The notes under the pieces: model-generated
The model's input: only the letters and a program-made list of their open reading frames with translations
Databases searched by the model: none
Told to the model about the DNA's origin: nothing
Position numbers and translations under genes: made by a program
DNA from: Myxococcota bacterium
GTDB taxonomy: Bacteria; Myxococcota_A; UBA796; CAJQPC01
NCBI GenBank assembly: GCA_036012755.1
Contig: DASCPX010000137.1
Span: 1 to 64,000, forward strand
Direction of reading: 5' to 3'
DNA: 64,000 nt
Shown: positions 1 to 10,744 of the stretch, piece after piece
How positions within the stretch are numbered: the stretch's first letter is position 1
Layout of the letters: each line of letters starts with the position of its first letter

Positions 1-58
1 GGTCGGTGATCCCGCGGCGGACGACGGCCAGGGCGCCGTGTACCTGTTGAGCCCATGA
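1..58 (+). CDS. 3' end of an FG-GAP-repeat protein (partial), paralog of the next two genes
   Basis: Frame 2 reads VGDPAADDGQGAVYLLSP*, matching the C-termini of the next two genes (GALTVLSP*, GAIYVLSP*). TGA overlaps the next ATG. Confidence 0.8.
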   Translation, partial: VGDPAADDGQGAVYLLSP

Positions 59-1707
59 TCTGGCTCTTGGCCTGCACCGGTGGATCGGTCGATCTCCCTG
101 ACGAGACCGAGCCGATCGACAGCTCGGTGCCCGAGGACAGCGGCTGCGAGGAGACGACGTACTACATGGACGTCGACGGCGACGGCCACGGGGACGAGAA
201 CAACCCAGTCGAGTCCTGCGAGCCCATCACGGGCGCGGTGATCGCCAGCGGCGACTGCGACGACGGCGACTTCGAGATCGGGCCCGACATCGAGGAGGAG
301 TGCGGCGACGGCTTCGACAACGACTGCGACGGGGAGATCGACGAGGCCGCCGAGGGCTGCGAGGAGGAGCCGGACTTCGTGACCTTGTCCTTCGAGGACC
401 CGCTCGCCACCATCCTGAGCGACCTTCCCCTCGCCGAGATCGGCGGGCCGTTCACCTCCGTGGCGGACCAGGACGGCGACGGCGTCAACGACATCGCGCT
501 CTACATCCGGTCCCAGTCCGAGTTCGACGAGCGGGCCTACTTTTTCAGCGGGGCGGATCTGGGCGGCACCACCTACATGTCCGAGTCGAACCACACCTTC
601 GACGCCGAGGGCGACTACGGCAGCGCGCTGTTCATCCCCGACCGGGACGAGGATGGCGAGATGGACCTGTTGATCAGCGAGCGCTGGGTCTACGGAAGCG
701 ACGACACCTACCCGCCGATGCACCTTTCCATGTCCGGTGACTGGGACCAGAGGGAGATCGAGCTGACGACGTCGTCGGTCGGTCGGCCCATCGGCGACTG
801 GGGCGCGGGCCACGGCATGTATTGGATGGCGGTTGGCGGCGACGTCGACGGGGACGGCTCCGAGGAGCTGGCGATCGGCGACATCTACGACCGGGACGCC
901 GGGGTGAATACCGGCGCGATCACGATCTACTTCGAGACGTGGAGTTGGACCGCCCCGGTCACAAAGATCCTCGGCGACTACGACTCGGACTACCGGGTCG
1001 GTGCCAACGGGGCCTTCGGGGACTTCGACGGCGATGGCTACGACGACCTCGTCATCGGCGGGGCCCCCTACGGCAACGGGCTGGGTGCCAACCGCGGGGC
1101 GGTCTGCATCGAGGAGGGTTCGCGCCTGATGCAACACGACGAGAGCTACGAGGGCCTCTTGTTCTGCAACAAGATCCTCGGCGACGAGGACGCGCCCCTC
1201 GATCAGTACATCATCGAGCCGCTGCCGGACCTCGACGGGGATGGCGCCCAGGAGCTCGCCGTCACGAGCGAGGGCGGGGTCTACCTCTTCTCGGGGGCCG
1301 AGGTCACCGAGGGCAACTGGGGCACGCTGACCTTCCTGGCCAACGAGGACCCGGCCATCGAGCCGCGCGATGCGGGCGAGGGCGGCCCATGGAGCGCCTC
1401 GCTCTACCGCCATCCGACGCTGGTCCAGGGTGCGACGGCCGAGGGCAGCATCGACCTGGCCATCGCCGGGTCCTACACGCTGCCAGACGAGGAAGTGCAG
1501 AAGGCGGTCTTCCTGTTCGACGTCGAGTCCATCTGGAACGGCGGCGCGGTGCGGGCACTCGACGCCGACCGGGTCTGGAACAGCGACGAGCACATCACCT
1601 TCATGGCCGACTTCGGCGACTTCGACGGCGATGGGCGGACCGACATCCTCGTGGGCACCGACGACAGCAACGACAGCAGCGGCGCGCTCACGGTGCTCTC
1701 CCCATGA
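55..1707 (+). CDS. Putative lipoprotein with MopE-like putative metal-binding motif and FG-GAP repeats
   Basis: MIWLLAC start; DxDGDGxG...DCDD...DNDCDG motif; repeated GDxDGDGxxDL motifs. Confidence 0.85.
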   Translation: MIWLLACTGGSVDLPDETEPIDSSVPEDSGCEETTYYMDVDGDGHGDENNPVESCEPITGAVIASGDCDDGDFEIGPDIEEECGDGFDNDCDGEIDEAAEGCEEEPDFVTLSFEDPLATILSDLPLAEIGGPFTSVADQDGDGVNDIALYIRSQSEFDERAYFFSGADLGGTTYMSESNHTFDAEGDYGSALFIPDRDEDGEMDLLISERWVYGSDDTYPPMHLSMSGDWDQREIELTTSSVGRPIGDWGAGHGMYWMAVGGDVDGDGSEELAIGDIYDRDAGVNTGAITIYFETWSWTAPVTKILGDYDSDYRVGANGAFGDFDGDGYDDLVIGGAPYGNGLGANRGAVCIEEGSRLMQHDESYEGLLFCNKILGDEDAPLDQYIIEPLPDLDGDGAQELAVTSEGGVYLFSGAEVTEGNWGTLTFLANEDPAIEPRDAGEGGPWSASLYRHPTLVQGATAEGSIDLAIAGSYTLPDEEVQKAVFLFDVESIWNGGAVRALDADRVWNSDEHITFMADFGDFDGDGRTDILVGTDDSNDSSGALTVLSP

Positions 1708-3287
1708 TCTGGCTCTTCGCCTGCACCAAGGGCTCCGTCGAGGTCCCAGACCAGACCGACGACAGCACGCCGGCCGTCGTGGACAGCGAGATCGAGGACA
1801 CCGGGTGTTTGCACACGACCTACTTCCCGGACGAGGACGGCGACGGCTACGGCGACGAGGACCTCCCCACCGAGAGCTGCGAGCCCATCATCGGCGCGGT
1901 GATCGTGGGCGGGGACTGCGACGACGGCGACTTCGAGATCGGACCCGACGTCGAGGAGGAGTGCGGTGACGGCTTCGACAACGACTGCGACGGGGAGATC
2001 GACGAGGCCGCGGAGGGCTGTGAGGAAGCCCCGGAGTTTTCGAGGCACGCGGTCGAGGACGCCGTGGCGACGGTGCTCGGGAGAGAAGGCGACGGATTCG
2101 GCGACCACATCAGCGTGATGGACCAGGACGGCGACGGGGAGTTCGACCTGTTGGGCCTTCAGCTCGAGCTGGGCGATGAGAACCTGGCCCACCTCTTCCA
2201 TGGTCCTTTGAGCGGCACGCGCCCCCTCGGCAGCGCCGACCGGAGCTTCGGCGACGAGCCCGCTTCGTCCGCCATCCTTGTCAGCGATCGAGACGGAGAC
2301 GGACTGGCCGATGTGGTCCTGGGCGACACGAGCGATGCCGACGAGAGCATCTACCTCATCGAGTCCGCCGGCTGGGGTGCCCAGGACCCGGTTCCATCCG
2401 GGCCCGCTCAGTGGGCCGGGCCCGACCAGGAACACAACTACTTCGGGTACGCGCTCTACACCGGCGGCGACTTCGACGGGGATGGGCTCGACGACCTGGC
2501 GGTGGGCGCGCCCTATGACAACGAGGGCGGCTCTCAGGCAGGCGCGGTCTACCTCTGGGTCGGAGACTGGACCTACCTGGACCCCAACATCAAGTTCATC
2601 GGGGAGAGGTGGCCCGACGACTATGCCATCGGGTGGGGCTACGGCACCTTCGGCGACATCGGCGGCGACGGCTACGACGACCTCCTCGTGCCCTCGGCGC
2701 GCTTTTCGAGCGGGTCGTTGCGCGGCCGGGTCTGCATCCAGGAGGGCGGCGTGCTGAGCGAGGCGAGCACCGTCGACTCCAGCCGGTGCCGGGGCATCTA
2801 CGGCGACCCCGACGACCCGCTGGACGACGAGGTCGTGGTCCTCGGCGATCTCGACGGAGACGCCGCAGAGGAGCTGGCCGTGGTCACGGAGAGCGGCGTC
2901 GTGTTGATCTACTCGGGCTTCGACGTGGCCGGCGGCGACACCCGCAACCACTTCGTCGGCGGCGCCGCAGCCCGCATCGAGAGCCGCTATGCGGGCGAGG
3001 GCGGACCGTGGACCCAGCTCGTGGGCGACCGGTTGGGGTCCGACGAGGGCCGCCTGATGGTCTCGGGAGTCTGGGCCGACTCCGACGAGGAAGCCCAACT
3101 CTCGGTCTTCCTCTTCGATGCGCAGACCGTCTACGGGTCCGCCACCTCTCGCCTGGCCGACGCCGAGTCCGCCTGGATCGGTGGCTTCGAGCGGGTCGAC
3201 GACATCGAAGGCTTCGGTGAGCAGGTCGTCGTCGGGGACTCGGACGCCGACGACGGCCGAGGCGCCATCTACGTGCTCTCGCCCTGA
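1704..3287 (+). CDS. Putative lipoprotein with MopE-like motif and FG-GAP repeats (paralog of 55..1707)
   Basis: Start re-called at the ATG overlapping the upstream TGA (MIWLFAC); same domain order as the previous gene. Confidence 0.85.
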   Translation: MIWLFACTKGSVEVPDQTDDSTPAVVDSEIEDTGCLHTTYFPDEDGDGYGDEDLPTESCEPIIGAVIVGGDCDDGDFEIGPDVEEECGDGFDNDCDGEIDEAAEGCEEAPEFSRHAVEDAVATVLGREGDGFGDHISVMDQDGDGEFDLLGLQLELGDENLAHLFHGPLSGTRPLGSADRSFGDEPASSAILVSDRDGDGLADVVLGDTSDADESIYLIESAGWGAQDPVPSGPAQWAGPDQEHNYFGYALYTGGDFDGDGLDDLAVGAPYDNEGGSQAGAVYLWVGDWTYLDPNIKFIGERWPDDYAIGWGYGTFGDIGGDGYDDLLVPSARFSSGSLRGRVCIQEGGVLSEASTVDSSRCRGIYGDPDDPLDDEVVVLGDLDGDAAEELAVVTESGVVLIYSGFDVAGGDTRNHFVGGAAARIESRYAGEGGPWTQLVGDRLGSDEGRLMVSGVWADSDEEAQLSVFLFDAQTVYGSATSRLADAESAWIGGFERVDDIEGFGEQVVVGDSDADDGRGAIYVLSP

Positions 3288-3371
3288 GGCCCACGTCGTG
3301 TCGTCGTCATCGACGAGCCAGGGACCACCCCGCCTCTGTCGTGGCCGAAGACCGCTCCGACTCCCACGACG

Positions 3372-3920
3372 TCAGTAGCAGTCCGCCCACATCCCGATGC
3401 CCTCGTCGTGGGCCTGGACCTCGGCGGACTGGAAGTCCCCCTCGAAGGTCGTGTTGGGCTCGTATGGGAAGGCCCAGGCGTGGCCCTCGCGCACGATCTC
3501 GAGGTTCACGAAGTCCTCTGCCGTCTTCCACAGGTAGGCCAGCGTGCGGTCGTAGGTGTCCTCGCAGGTGGCGTCGAAGGTCATCCAGACCAGCTCGTCG
3601 TCGAGCTTCTGCCGGGCGGCGTCCTTGGCCTCGTCAGCCCAGCAGGAGTCGTCGTAGGTCTCCGGCGTGTCGATGCCGATGAAGCGGACCTTCTCGGTCT
3701 TCCAGGTCTGGTCCGCCCAGGCCACGTAGGCGGTGTCGCCGTCGACGACCTCGGTCACGCGCACCAGGATGGCCTCGCGACAGGGGGAGGGGCCGGCGGG
3801 GATCGTCGAGGGGTCGATGTCCCGGATCGGGTCCCTGTCGCCGCTGTCGACCGTCGAGTCGGTGGCGGAGTCAGAGGAGGAATCGGGTGCCGTTCCGACG
3901 CAGGCGAGGAGCGAGAGCAC
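3372..3920 (-). CDS. Thermonuclease (SNase-family) lipoprotein
   Basis: VVDGDT, VRFIGIDTPE, DTYDRTLAY, NLEIVREGHA and GMW motifs. Confidence 0.9.
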   Translation of the reverse strand: MLSLLACVGTAPDSSSDSATDSTVDSGDRDPIRDIDPSTIPAGPSPCREAILVRVTEVVDGDTAYVAWADQTWKTEKVRFIGIDTPETYDDSCWADEAKDAARQKLDDELVWMTFDATCEDTYDRTLAYLWKTAEDFVNLEIVREGHAWAFPYEPNTTFEGDFQSAEVQAHDEGIGMWADCY

Positions 3921-3948
3921 GCCTGGGTGTAACCCCCGCCGCGCGGGG

Positions 3949-4266
3949 TCAGCGGACCCAGAGGGTGAGGTCGTAGAGGCGCGAGTAGTCGCCGTAGCCG
4001 TCGGAGTCCCCGTCCTCGAACCAGGTCTCGGCGTCAGCGGCGTCGTCCTCGTCGATGTCTCCGTCGCAGTCGTTGTCGTCCTGACCGTTGTAGGGGATCT
4101 CCGTGTTGCCGGGCTTCACCGTGTTGTTGAGGTCGTCGCAGTCCTCGTCCTCTGGGGAGCCGTCCCCGTCCGCGTCGACGACCCCCGGCGGCGAGCTGTC
4201 ATCGACCGAGCTGTCGATGGCGGGGTCCTTGTTGCGACAGGCAAACGAGAGGGCGAGCAGGAGCGT
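3949..4266 (-). pseudogene. Truncated, internally deleted copy of the MopE-like gene at 10745, with ACG where ATG is expected
   Basis: Open frame TLLLALSFACRNKD...DADGDGSPEDEDCDDLNNTVKPGNTEIPYNGQDDNDCDG...YSRLYDLTLWVR*. No ATG/GTG/TTG lies between the upstream in-frame TAG and the signal-like segment. Confidence 0.75.
4075..4179. repeat. 105-bp perfect inverted repeat, left copy (pairs with 10829..10933)
   Basis: Reverse complement is identical to 10829..10933. The adjacent 4020..4078 matches 11449..11507. Confidence 0.9.
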
Positions 4267-4275
4267 GCCCGGACT

Positions 4276-5073
4276 CTACCTGGGACTACGGGCCTCGACG
4301 CGCTCTCGGCGGCGGCTGGCTGCCTCGTCGCTCATGGTCGTCTGGTCGAGCTCGGCGAGGACCTCTTCGAAGCGACCGAGCTGCTCGTGGGAGACCGTCG
4401 CTCCGAGCTGGGCCAGGGCGAGGTCTTCGCCCACCGCGCCGGTCTGGAGCACGCGCTCGTACATTCGGGCTGCGCCTGCGGCGTCTCCGGACTCCAGCCG
4501 CAGGTGACCCATGGCGAGCCAGGCTCGGTGAGACTCACCCGGGAATTCCTTGGCGATGCGCTCGTAGCTCTTGAAGGCGAGGCGAGGGTGGCCGGCTTCG
4601 GCTTGGAGCTCCGCGGCGCGAAGGCTCCACTCTGCGGCGCGCTCTGGATCGGCCTCTGCTGCACGGAGGTAGGCGTGAGCTGCCCGATCCGGGGCGTGGG
4701 CGTCTCGAGCAAGGACCTCGCCGAGGCGGGCGAGGGCGTTGGGAGCGCGTTCGTCCTGCGGGTAGTCGCGAGTAGCGGCGCGCAGCATGCGCACGGCGCG
4801 CTGGTGTTCGCCTTCCACCGCGGCCAGGGTGCCGCCGATGTAGAGCGCGTCAGCGCGGTCGTGGTCGAACAACGTCCACATCGCGTGGGTCTCGTAGCGG
4901 ACCAGGGCCGCCTCGATGTCACCCGAGCCGGCCTCTGCATGAGCGCGGTCGAGCTGGAGCGGACTCCACGGCCCGATGCTGAATACACCCATCGCCAGCG
5001 GGATCAACAACAGCCCCGCCATCGCCCCGAGGGCGTGCTTCCAGTGCAGGAAGTCCGAGATGACGGTGCGCAT
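4276..5073 (-). CDS. TPR-repeat protein with N-terminal membrane anchor
   Basis: Hydrophobic N-terminal segment; TPR-like repeats (DYPQDERAPNALARLG, KEFPGESHRAWLAMG). Start placed at the first ATG after the gyrA stop. Confidence 0.75.
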   Translation of the reverse strand: MRTVISDFLHWKHALGAMAGLLLIPLAMGVFSIGPWSPLQLDRAHAEAGSGDIEAALVRYETHAMWTLFDHDRADALYIGGTLAAVEGEHQRAVRMLRAATRDYPQDERAPNALARLGEVLARDAHAPDRAAHAYLRAAEADPERAAEWSLRAAELQAEAGHPRLAFKSYERIAKEFPGESHRAWLAMGHLRLESGDAAGAARMYERVLQTGAVGEDLALAQLGATVSHEQLGRFEEVLAELDQTTMSDEAASRRRERVEARSPR

Positions 5074-5086
5074 CTGCAGTGTTCTA

Positions 5087-7558
5087 TCACTCCTCGCCAG
5101 CTGAGTCCTCTCCGTCGATCTCGTCCTCATCGACGTCCTCGTCGATTCTGGCGATCGAGACGATGCGTTCGTCGTCCTCGACCCGCATCACCGTGACGCC
5201 CTCTGCAGCGCGCAGGGTGACGCGGATGTTGGCCACGGGCAGCTTGATCACCCGGCCCGAGTCGGTGATGAGCATCAGCTTGTCTTCTGGCTCGACCTGG
5301 ACCGCGCCGACGACCGGGCCGGTCTTCTCGGTCACCTTCAGGTTGATGATGCCGGAGCCCGAGCGGCCTTGGACGCGGTACTTCTCGAGCTCGGTGCGCT
5401 TGCCGAAGCCCTTCTCGCTGATGGTCAGGATGGGCAGATCGTCGCGCAGGGTGATGAGCGTGGCGATCTCGTCGTCGTCCTTGATCGTGATGCCGCGGAC
5501 GCCGCGAGTGACTCGGCCCATGTGGCGTACGTCCTCGCCCGGGAAGCGGATCGACTGACCCTGGCGGGTCGCGATGAAGACCTCGCGGTCGCGGGGGGTG
5601 AGGATGACGCTGAAGAGTTCGTCGCCGTCGGCACAGTCGTAGGCCCGCAGGCCCGTCTTGCGCATGTTCTTGTAGTCGGACAGGCGCGTGCGCTTGACCA
5701 GTCCGTGGAGGCTGCAGAAGAGCAGATCGAGGTCTTCCGAGAACTCGCTGATCGTGAGCACCGCCGCGATGCGGTCGTCCGTCTCCAGGTTCACGAGGTT
5801 CACGATGGGCTTTCCGCGTGCGTAGCGACCGCCCTCCGGGATCTCGTAGACGGGCACGGCGAAGACCTGGCCGTGGGTCGTGAAGACCAGGAGCTTCGCG
5901 TGGGTGTTCGCGATGAAGATCTCGCGCACCTCGTCGGCGTCCTTGGTCTCGATGCCGCGGGTGCCGAAGCCGCCGCGCTTCTGCTCGCGGTAGAGCGCCA
6001 GGTCGGTGCGCTTGATGTAGCCGGCCACCGTCAGCGTGATCGCCTGGTCCTCTTCGGCGATGAGGTCGTAGATGTCGATCTCGCCGAGGGCGTCGACGAT
6101 CTCCGTGCGGCGCGTATCCGCGTAGGTGGCTCGCACGGTGAGCAGCTCGTCCTTGACCACCCCCATCAAGAGCTCGTCAGAGGCCAGCAGGCCCTCGAGG
6201 TGCTCGATGGTGGAGAGCACCTCTGCGTACTCGGTCTCGATCTTCTCGCGCTCGAGTCCGGTCAGGCGCCGCAGCTGCATCTCGAGGATGTTGCGAGCCT
6301 GGATCTCCGAGAGTCCGAAGGTGGCGATGAGGCCCACGCGGGCTTCCTCTGTGGTCTGGCTGGCGCGGATGAGCTTGATGATCTCGTCGATGTGGTCGAG
6401 CGCGATGCGGTAGCCCTCGAGGATGTGGGCTCGCTCCGTGGCGCGGCGCAGCAGGTAGCGGCAGCGGCGGGTGACCACGTCTCGTCGGTGACCGATGTAG
6501 TGGCACAGGGCCTGGCGCAGGGTGAGGACCCGGGGCTGACCCTGCACGATGGCCAGCAGGATGGTGCCGAAGGTCGTCTGCAGATCCGTGTGCTTGTAGA
6601 GCTTGTTGAGCACGATGTCGCTGTAGGCGTCGCGCTTGCACTCGATGACGATGCGGCGCCCGTGGCGGTCGGACTCGTCGCGGATGGCGCTGATGCCGTC
6701 GATGCGCTTCTCGCGGACGAGCCTCGCGATCTGCTCCATCACCCGGTCTGCGCCGACCTGGAAGGGCAGCTCGTCGACGATGATGGCGTCTCGCTCGGAG
6801 CCCTTGATCTCCTCGATGTGGGTGCGGGCGCGGATGACGACCCGGCCGCGGCCGGTGGTGTAGGCGTCCCGGATGCCGACGCGGCCGTAGATGATGCCGC
6901 CGGTCGGGAAGTCGGGGCCGGGCACGATCGCGAGGATGTCTTCGTCCTCGAGGTCCGGGTCGTCGATCAGCGCGACGGTGGCGTCGATGATCTCGCCGAG
7001 GTTGTGGGGCGGGATCTTGGTCGCCATGCCGACGGCGATGCCCTCTGAGCCGTTCACGAGCAGGTTCGGGAAGGCCGCCGGGAGCACCTCTGGCTCGATG
7101 TCGGCGCCGTCGAAGTTCGGGGCGAAGTCGACGGTCTCCTTGTCGATGTCGCGCAGGAGGTCTTCCGCCAGCTTGCGCATGCGGCACTCGGTGTACCGGT
7201 AGGCCGCTGCGCGGTCCCCGTCGGGGCTGCCGAAGTTGCCCTGACCGTCGACCAGGGGGTAGCGCAGGTTCCAGGGCTGGGCCATGCGGACCAGGGCGTC
7301 GTAGACCGCGCCGTCGCCGTGGGGATGGAGCCTCTTGAGCACCTCGCCGACCACGCCGGCGCACTTGCTGTACTTCTTGTTCGCCGTCAGCCCTTCGCCG
7401 TGCATGGCGTAGAGGATCCGCCTGTGGACAGGCTTCAGACCGTCTCGCACGTCGGGCAGCGCGCGCCCGATGATGACGGACATCGAGTAGTCCAGGTAGG
7501 AGGTGCGCATCTCGTCTGCGATGGAGATCTGGACGAGGTGGCGAGCGATGTCTGACAT
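5087..7558 (-). CDS. gyrA: DNA gyrase subunit A
   Basis: [21 protein letters not shown], catalytic AAAYRYTE, GyrA-box-like QKRGGFG, C-terminal pinwheel repeats, acidic tail. Confidence 0.97.
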   Translation of the reverse strand: MSDIARHLVQISIADEMRTSYLDYSMSVIIGRALPDVRDGLKPVHRRILYAMHGEGLTANKKYSKCAGVVGEVLKRLHPHGDGAVYDALVRMAQPWNLRYPLVDGQGNFGSPDGDRAAAYRYTECRMRKLAEDLLRDIDKETVDFAPNFDGADIEPEVLPAAFPNLLVNGSEGIAVGMATKIPPHNLGEIIDATVALIDDPDLEDEDILAIVPGPDFPTGGIIYGRVGIRDAYTTGRGRVVIRARTHIEEIKGSERDAIIVDELPFQVGADRVMEQIARLVREKRIDGISAIRDESDRHGRRIVIECKRDAYSDIVLNKLYKHTDLQTTFGTILLAIVQGQPRVLTLRQALCHYIGHRRDVVTRRCRYLLRRATERAHILEGYRIALDHIDEIIKLIRASQTTEEARVGLIATFGLSEIQARNILEMQLRRLTGLEREKIETEYAEVLSTIEHLEGLLASDELLMGVVKDELLTVRATYADTRRTEIVDALGEIDIYDLIAEEDQAITLTVAGYIKRTDLALYREQKRGGFGTRGIETKDADEVREIFIANTHAKLLVFTTHGQVFAVPVYEIPEGGRYARGKPIVNLVNLETDDRIAAVLTISEFSEDLDLLFCSLHGLVKRTRLSDYKNMRKTGLRAYDCADGDELFSVILTPRDREVFIATRQGQSIRFPGEDVRHMGRVTRGVRGITIKDDDEIATLITLRDDLPILTISEKGFGKRTELEKYRVQGRSGSGIINLKVTEKTGPVVGAVQVEPEDKLMLITDSGRVIKLPVANIRVTLRAAEGVTVMRVEDDERIVSIARIDEDVDEDEIDGEDSAGEE

Positions 7559-7615
7559 GGGCGGAATCCTGCTGTGCTGACCCGGTTTCCTAACCCCGGT
7601 GTACGCTCCGCGCAG

Positions 7616-8917
7616 ATGTGGATTTCATTGATTTTGCTGGCTTTCGCCCAGGACGCCGCCTCTCACTACGAGGCTGGCGTCGAGGCCCTGCGGCGCAAGG
7701 ACGCCGACATCGCCGTGGTGGAGCTGACGACCTGCCTGAGCCTGGAGCCCGAGCGCGTCGACTGCGCCTGGGAGCTGGGCTGGGCGCACTGGCTCAACGG
7801 GGACTGGGACAAGGTCGTGGCGACCTGGGACGGCCTCGGCCATCCCGAGCGGGACCGCCACCTGCCCACCGCCCGCGGCAACCTCGAGGTCCAGAAGATG
7901 GTGGCCGCCAGCGCCGAGGGGGCGCCTCCCACCCTGGCTCGAGAGGGAGCCGCGTCCTCGGTCCGCCTCCGGGCCGTCGGGGACGTGATGCTCGGGACCG
8001 ACTTCCCGGCCGGCTACATGCCGCCGAACGACGGCGCCGACCTCCTCGATGAGGTCGAGGACCTCTTGCGCGACGCGGACCTGACCTTCGCGAACCTCGA
8101 GGGGCCTCTCTGTGACGGCGGCACGACCACCAAGTGTGGGACCGGCGGCAACTGCTACGCCTTCCGCAGCCCCACCCGCTACGGGGACTATGTCGCCCAG
8201 GCGGGGGTGGACCTCGCCTCGACCGCCAACAACCACGCAGAGGACTTCGGCGTCGAGTGCCGCGTGCAGACCGAGGCGACCCTCGATCAGCTGGGCATCG
8301 CTTACTCCGGGCGGCCCGGCACCATCGCGCGGGTGGAGCACGAGGGCCTTCGGATCGCCATGATCGGCTTCCACACCGCTCCCAGCGGCCATCACCTCAA
8401 CGACCACGACACGGCGATGGCGTTGATCCGCACCATCGCTGCAGAGGTCGACGTGCTCATCGTCAGCTTCCATGGAGGGGCCGAGGGCTCCAAGGCCATC
8501 CACGTCCCGAGGGGGCGCGAGACCTTCTACGGCGAGGACCGCGGCGACCTGCGGGTCTTCGCCCACGGGGCGGTCGACAACGGCGCCGACCTCATCCTTG
8601 GCCACGGCCCGCACGTGCCCCGCGCGATGGAGATCTACGAGGACCGGCTCATCGCCTACTCCCTGGGCAACTTCGCGACATACGGCCGCTTCAACCTTTC
8701 CGGCTACCTCGGCGTCGGTCTCGTGCTCGAGGTCGTTCTCGACGACCAGGGCAGGTTCGTCAGCGGCCGCATCATCCCGACCGAGCAGCTCGGCCAGGGG
8801 GTCCCGGCGCCGGATCCAGAGGGCAGGGCCGTCGACCTCGTGCGCAAGCTCTCGGAGGAGGACTTCCCTTCCACGGGGGTCGTGGTCGCCCAGGACGGTA
8901 CCCTGGGTCCCAGATGA
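7616..8917 (+). CDS. CapA (PGA_cap)-family metallophosphoesterase with N-terminal TPR
   Basis: VGDVMLG, NLEG, ANNH, SFHGG, GHGPHV and YSLGNF motifs. Start re-called at [11 protein letters not shown]. Confidence 0.9.
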   Translation: MWISLILLAFAQDAASHYEAGVEALRRKDADIAVVELTTCLSLEPERVDCAWELGWAHWLNGDWDKVVATWDGLGHPERDRHLPTARGNLEVQKMVAASAEGAPPTLAREGAASSVRLRAVGDVMLGTDFPAGYMPPNDGADLLDEVEDLLRDADLTFANLEGPLCDGGTTTKCGTGGNCYAFRSPTRYGDYVAQAGVDLASTANNHAEDFGVECRVQTEATLDQLGIAYSGRPGTIARVEHEGLRIAMIGFHTAPSGHHLNDHDTAMALIRTIAAEVDVLIVSFHGGAEGSKAIHVPRGRETFYGEDRGDLRVFAHGAVDNGADLILGHGPHVPRAMEIYEDRLIAYSLGNFATYGRFNLSGYLGVGLVLEVVLDDQGRFVSGRIIPTEQLGQGVPAPDPEGRAVDLVRKLSEEDFPSTGVVVAQDGTLGPR

Positions 8918-9381
8918 TCTGGTTCCTCCTGGCCTGCGCGGATCCGCCGAAGCCCGACACCGCCGCGGCTCGCCCCGAGATCGTCGAGGTGAACACCGGG
9001 ATGAGGGCAGAGGACCTCAACGCCGTCCAGGACCGCATGGACGAGCGTCTGTCCGCCATGGAGGAGCGCATCGGCAACCTCGAGCTCCAGGTCGCCGAGC
9101 TCAGCGGGGGCTACGAGTCGAGCGCCGCCCAGATCTCGCTGGACCCCGCGGAGACCACCCTGGACGGAAAGGACGTCCAAGCCGCCATCGTGGAGCTGGC
9201 GGACGCGGTCGACAAGCTCGAGATGGCGGAGATGGGCGACCCCAGCGACGAGCTCTTCCGGATCCCAGAGGGCCAGGGTGACCAGGGCGACCAGGGCAAG
9301 GGTGGAAAGGGCAAGGGGCAGAAGGGTCCACCCGGCCCACCCTCCGGCGGAGAGGGCCAGCCCCCGGGGGGTCAGCGCTGA
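8914..9381 (+). CDS. Putative lipoprotein with coiled coil and Gly/Pro-rich tail
   Basis: ATGA overlap with the upstream stop; MIWFLLAC start. Confidence 0.7.
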   Translation: MIWFLLACADPPKPDTAAARPEIVEVNTGMRAEDLNAVQDRMDERLSAMEERIGNLELQVAELSGGYESSAAQISLDPAETTLDGKDVQAAIVELADAVDKLEMAEMGDPSDELFRIPEGQGDQGDQGKGGKGKGQKGPPGPPSGGEGQPPGGQR

Positions 9382-10619
9382 AGGGTCTGGCTGTCCTGCG
9401 CCAGCAGGGCGTCGGCCTCCTCTTTTCGTCCCTGGCGGGTCAGCAGATCCCACAGGACCGCGTGGACATCGGAGTCCCGAGGATCCAGCTGGATCCCACG
9501 ACGTAGCAGGGCCTCTGCGCTGTCGTCCTCGCCGCGGCTGATGAAGTCCCGGGCCGTGTCCAGCACGAGCTCCGTGTGGGCCGAGAAGCGATGGACCATC
9601 TCCGATGGATCGAGGTCGCTCTTCAGGTCCGCCAGCGTCTGGGCGCTGATCGGGTCTTCGGGCATCTCGGAGATGGCGGTCTCTGCTGCGGCGATGGCGC
9701 CCTCGCGATCACCCAGCTGCAACCGCAGCGAGGCGATGCTGTTCCAGGCCTCGGGCATGACGGTGGCGGCTCGCTCCATGCACTCGATCGCCTCCTCGGG
9801 GCGGTCCTGGATCGTCCGCAAGACCCCGGTCTGGAACCAGCAGACCGGGCGATCCGCCGCCTCCGCCAGGCGCTCCAGCGCGGCGTCACGACTGTTCAGG
9901 AGCAGGCCGATGGAGGCCTTCTCCAGCTCCTCGTCGGTGGCCCCCTTGGCCAGGTCGAGGTCGCCGCCGGTCTCGGCAGCCACCAGCAACAGCATCGAGC
10001 GGTCCTCGTCGGAGCGGCGGCCGAGCACGATGGCGTGGACTCCCATCTGGCTGAAGAACTGCCCGAGGGCAGCCTGCTGTCCGTCGCCGTGCTCCACGAG
10101 CACGACCGTCTCGAGCCGGGTCAGGGTGTTCAGATCCGGCACGGGGTCCGGCTTCACCGTGCCCACGAGCACGCTGACCTCTGGGTGGAGACCGATGGCT
10201 TCGATGCCACAGCCGAGCACGGCCCGGGCCTTTGGCCAGAGGGCCTCGACCGCGCCGCCGTCGATCGGGCGGAGCTCCAGCTCGCCGACAGTGTGTGGGT
10301 CCGAGGTGGACTGGGCTCGGTGATCGAAGAGCTCCTTCACCTTCGCATCGGAGAGGTGGTGCCCCGGGCCCTCGAAGCGGAGGACCAGCGCGACCTCTGC
10401 GGGGGGCGCCGTCGCGAAGAGCGCCGGGTCGGAGATGGGGAAGAGGCAGAGGACCGGCTGCCCTCCGGTCGCCAAGAAGACGCCCCCCCAGCCGGCGGCG
10501 TCGATCATCGAGCCCTTCGGTCCCTCGAGCGGGTCGGGCTGGTCGCCCAGCAGGTCCCGGTTGCGCCACTCGTTCCAGACGGCGAAGGCCAACAGGGCGG
10601 CGGCGAAGGCCCCGAGCAT
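9372..10619 (-). CDS. Membrane-anchored protein with C-terminal TPR repeats (true start may lie ~70 nt upstream)
   Basis: TPR-like C-terminal repeats. The frame stays open and hydrophobic upstream (VIVLTRFLLGLLGLGLVIGAFALDP) without a canonical start. Confidence 0.7.
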   Translation of the reverse strand: MLGAFAAALLAFAVWNEWRNRDLLGDQPDPLEGPKGSMIDAAGWGGVFLATGGQPVLCLFPISDPALFATAPPAEVALVLRFEGPGHHLSDAKVKELFDHRAQSTSDPHTVGELELRPIDGGAVEALWPKARAVLGCGIEAIGLHPEVSVLVGTVKPDPVPDLNTLTRLETVVLVEHGDGQQAALGQFFSQMGVHAIVLGRRSDEDRSMLLLVAAETGGDLDLAKGATDEELEKASIGLLLNSRDAALERLAEAADRPVCWFQTGVLRTIQDRPEEAIECMERAATVMPEAWNSIASLRLQLGDREGAIAAAETAISEMPEDPISAQTLADLKSDLDPSEMVHRFSAHTELVLDTARDFISRGEDDSAEALLRRGIQLDPRDSDVHAVLWDLLTRQGRKEEADALLAQDSQTLQR

Positions 10620-10744
10620 CGGGTCCAGAGCGAAGGCCCCGATGACCAGACCGAGTCCGAGCAGGCCCAGCAGGAACCTGGTCAGGACGATGACTCCAGT
10701 TCGGACATGCGGCGGACGGTAGCATCGCCGCTTCGGAGGCTTCC

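Noticed and set aside
3288..3371. Terminator between convergent genes
   Set aside because: Only a short 6-bp stem with no U-tract; too weak to call.
5087..7558. parC rather than gyrA
   Set aside because: A GyrA-box-like QKRGGFG, full C-terminal pinwheel and acidic tail favour gyrA; separation from gyrB is common.
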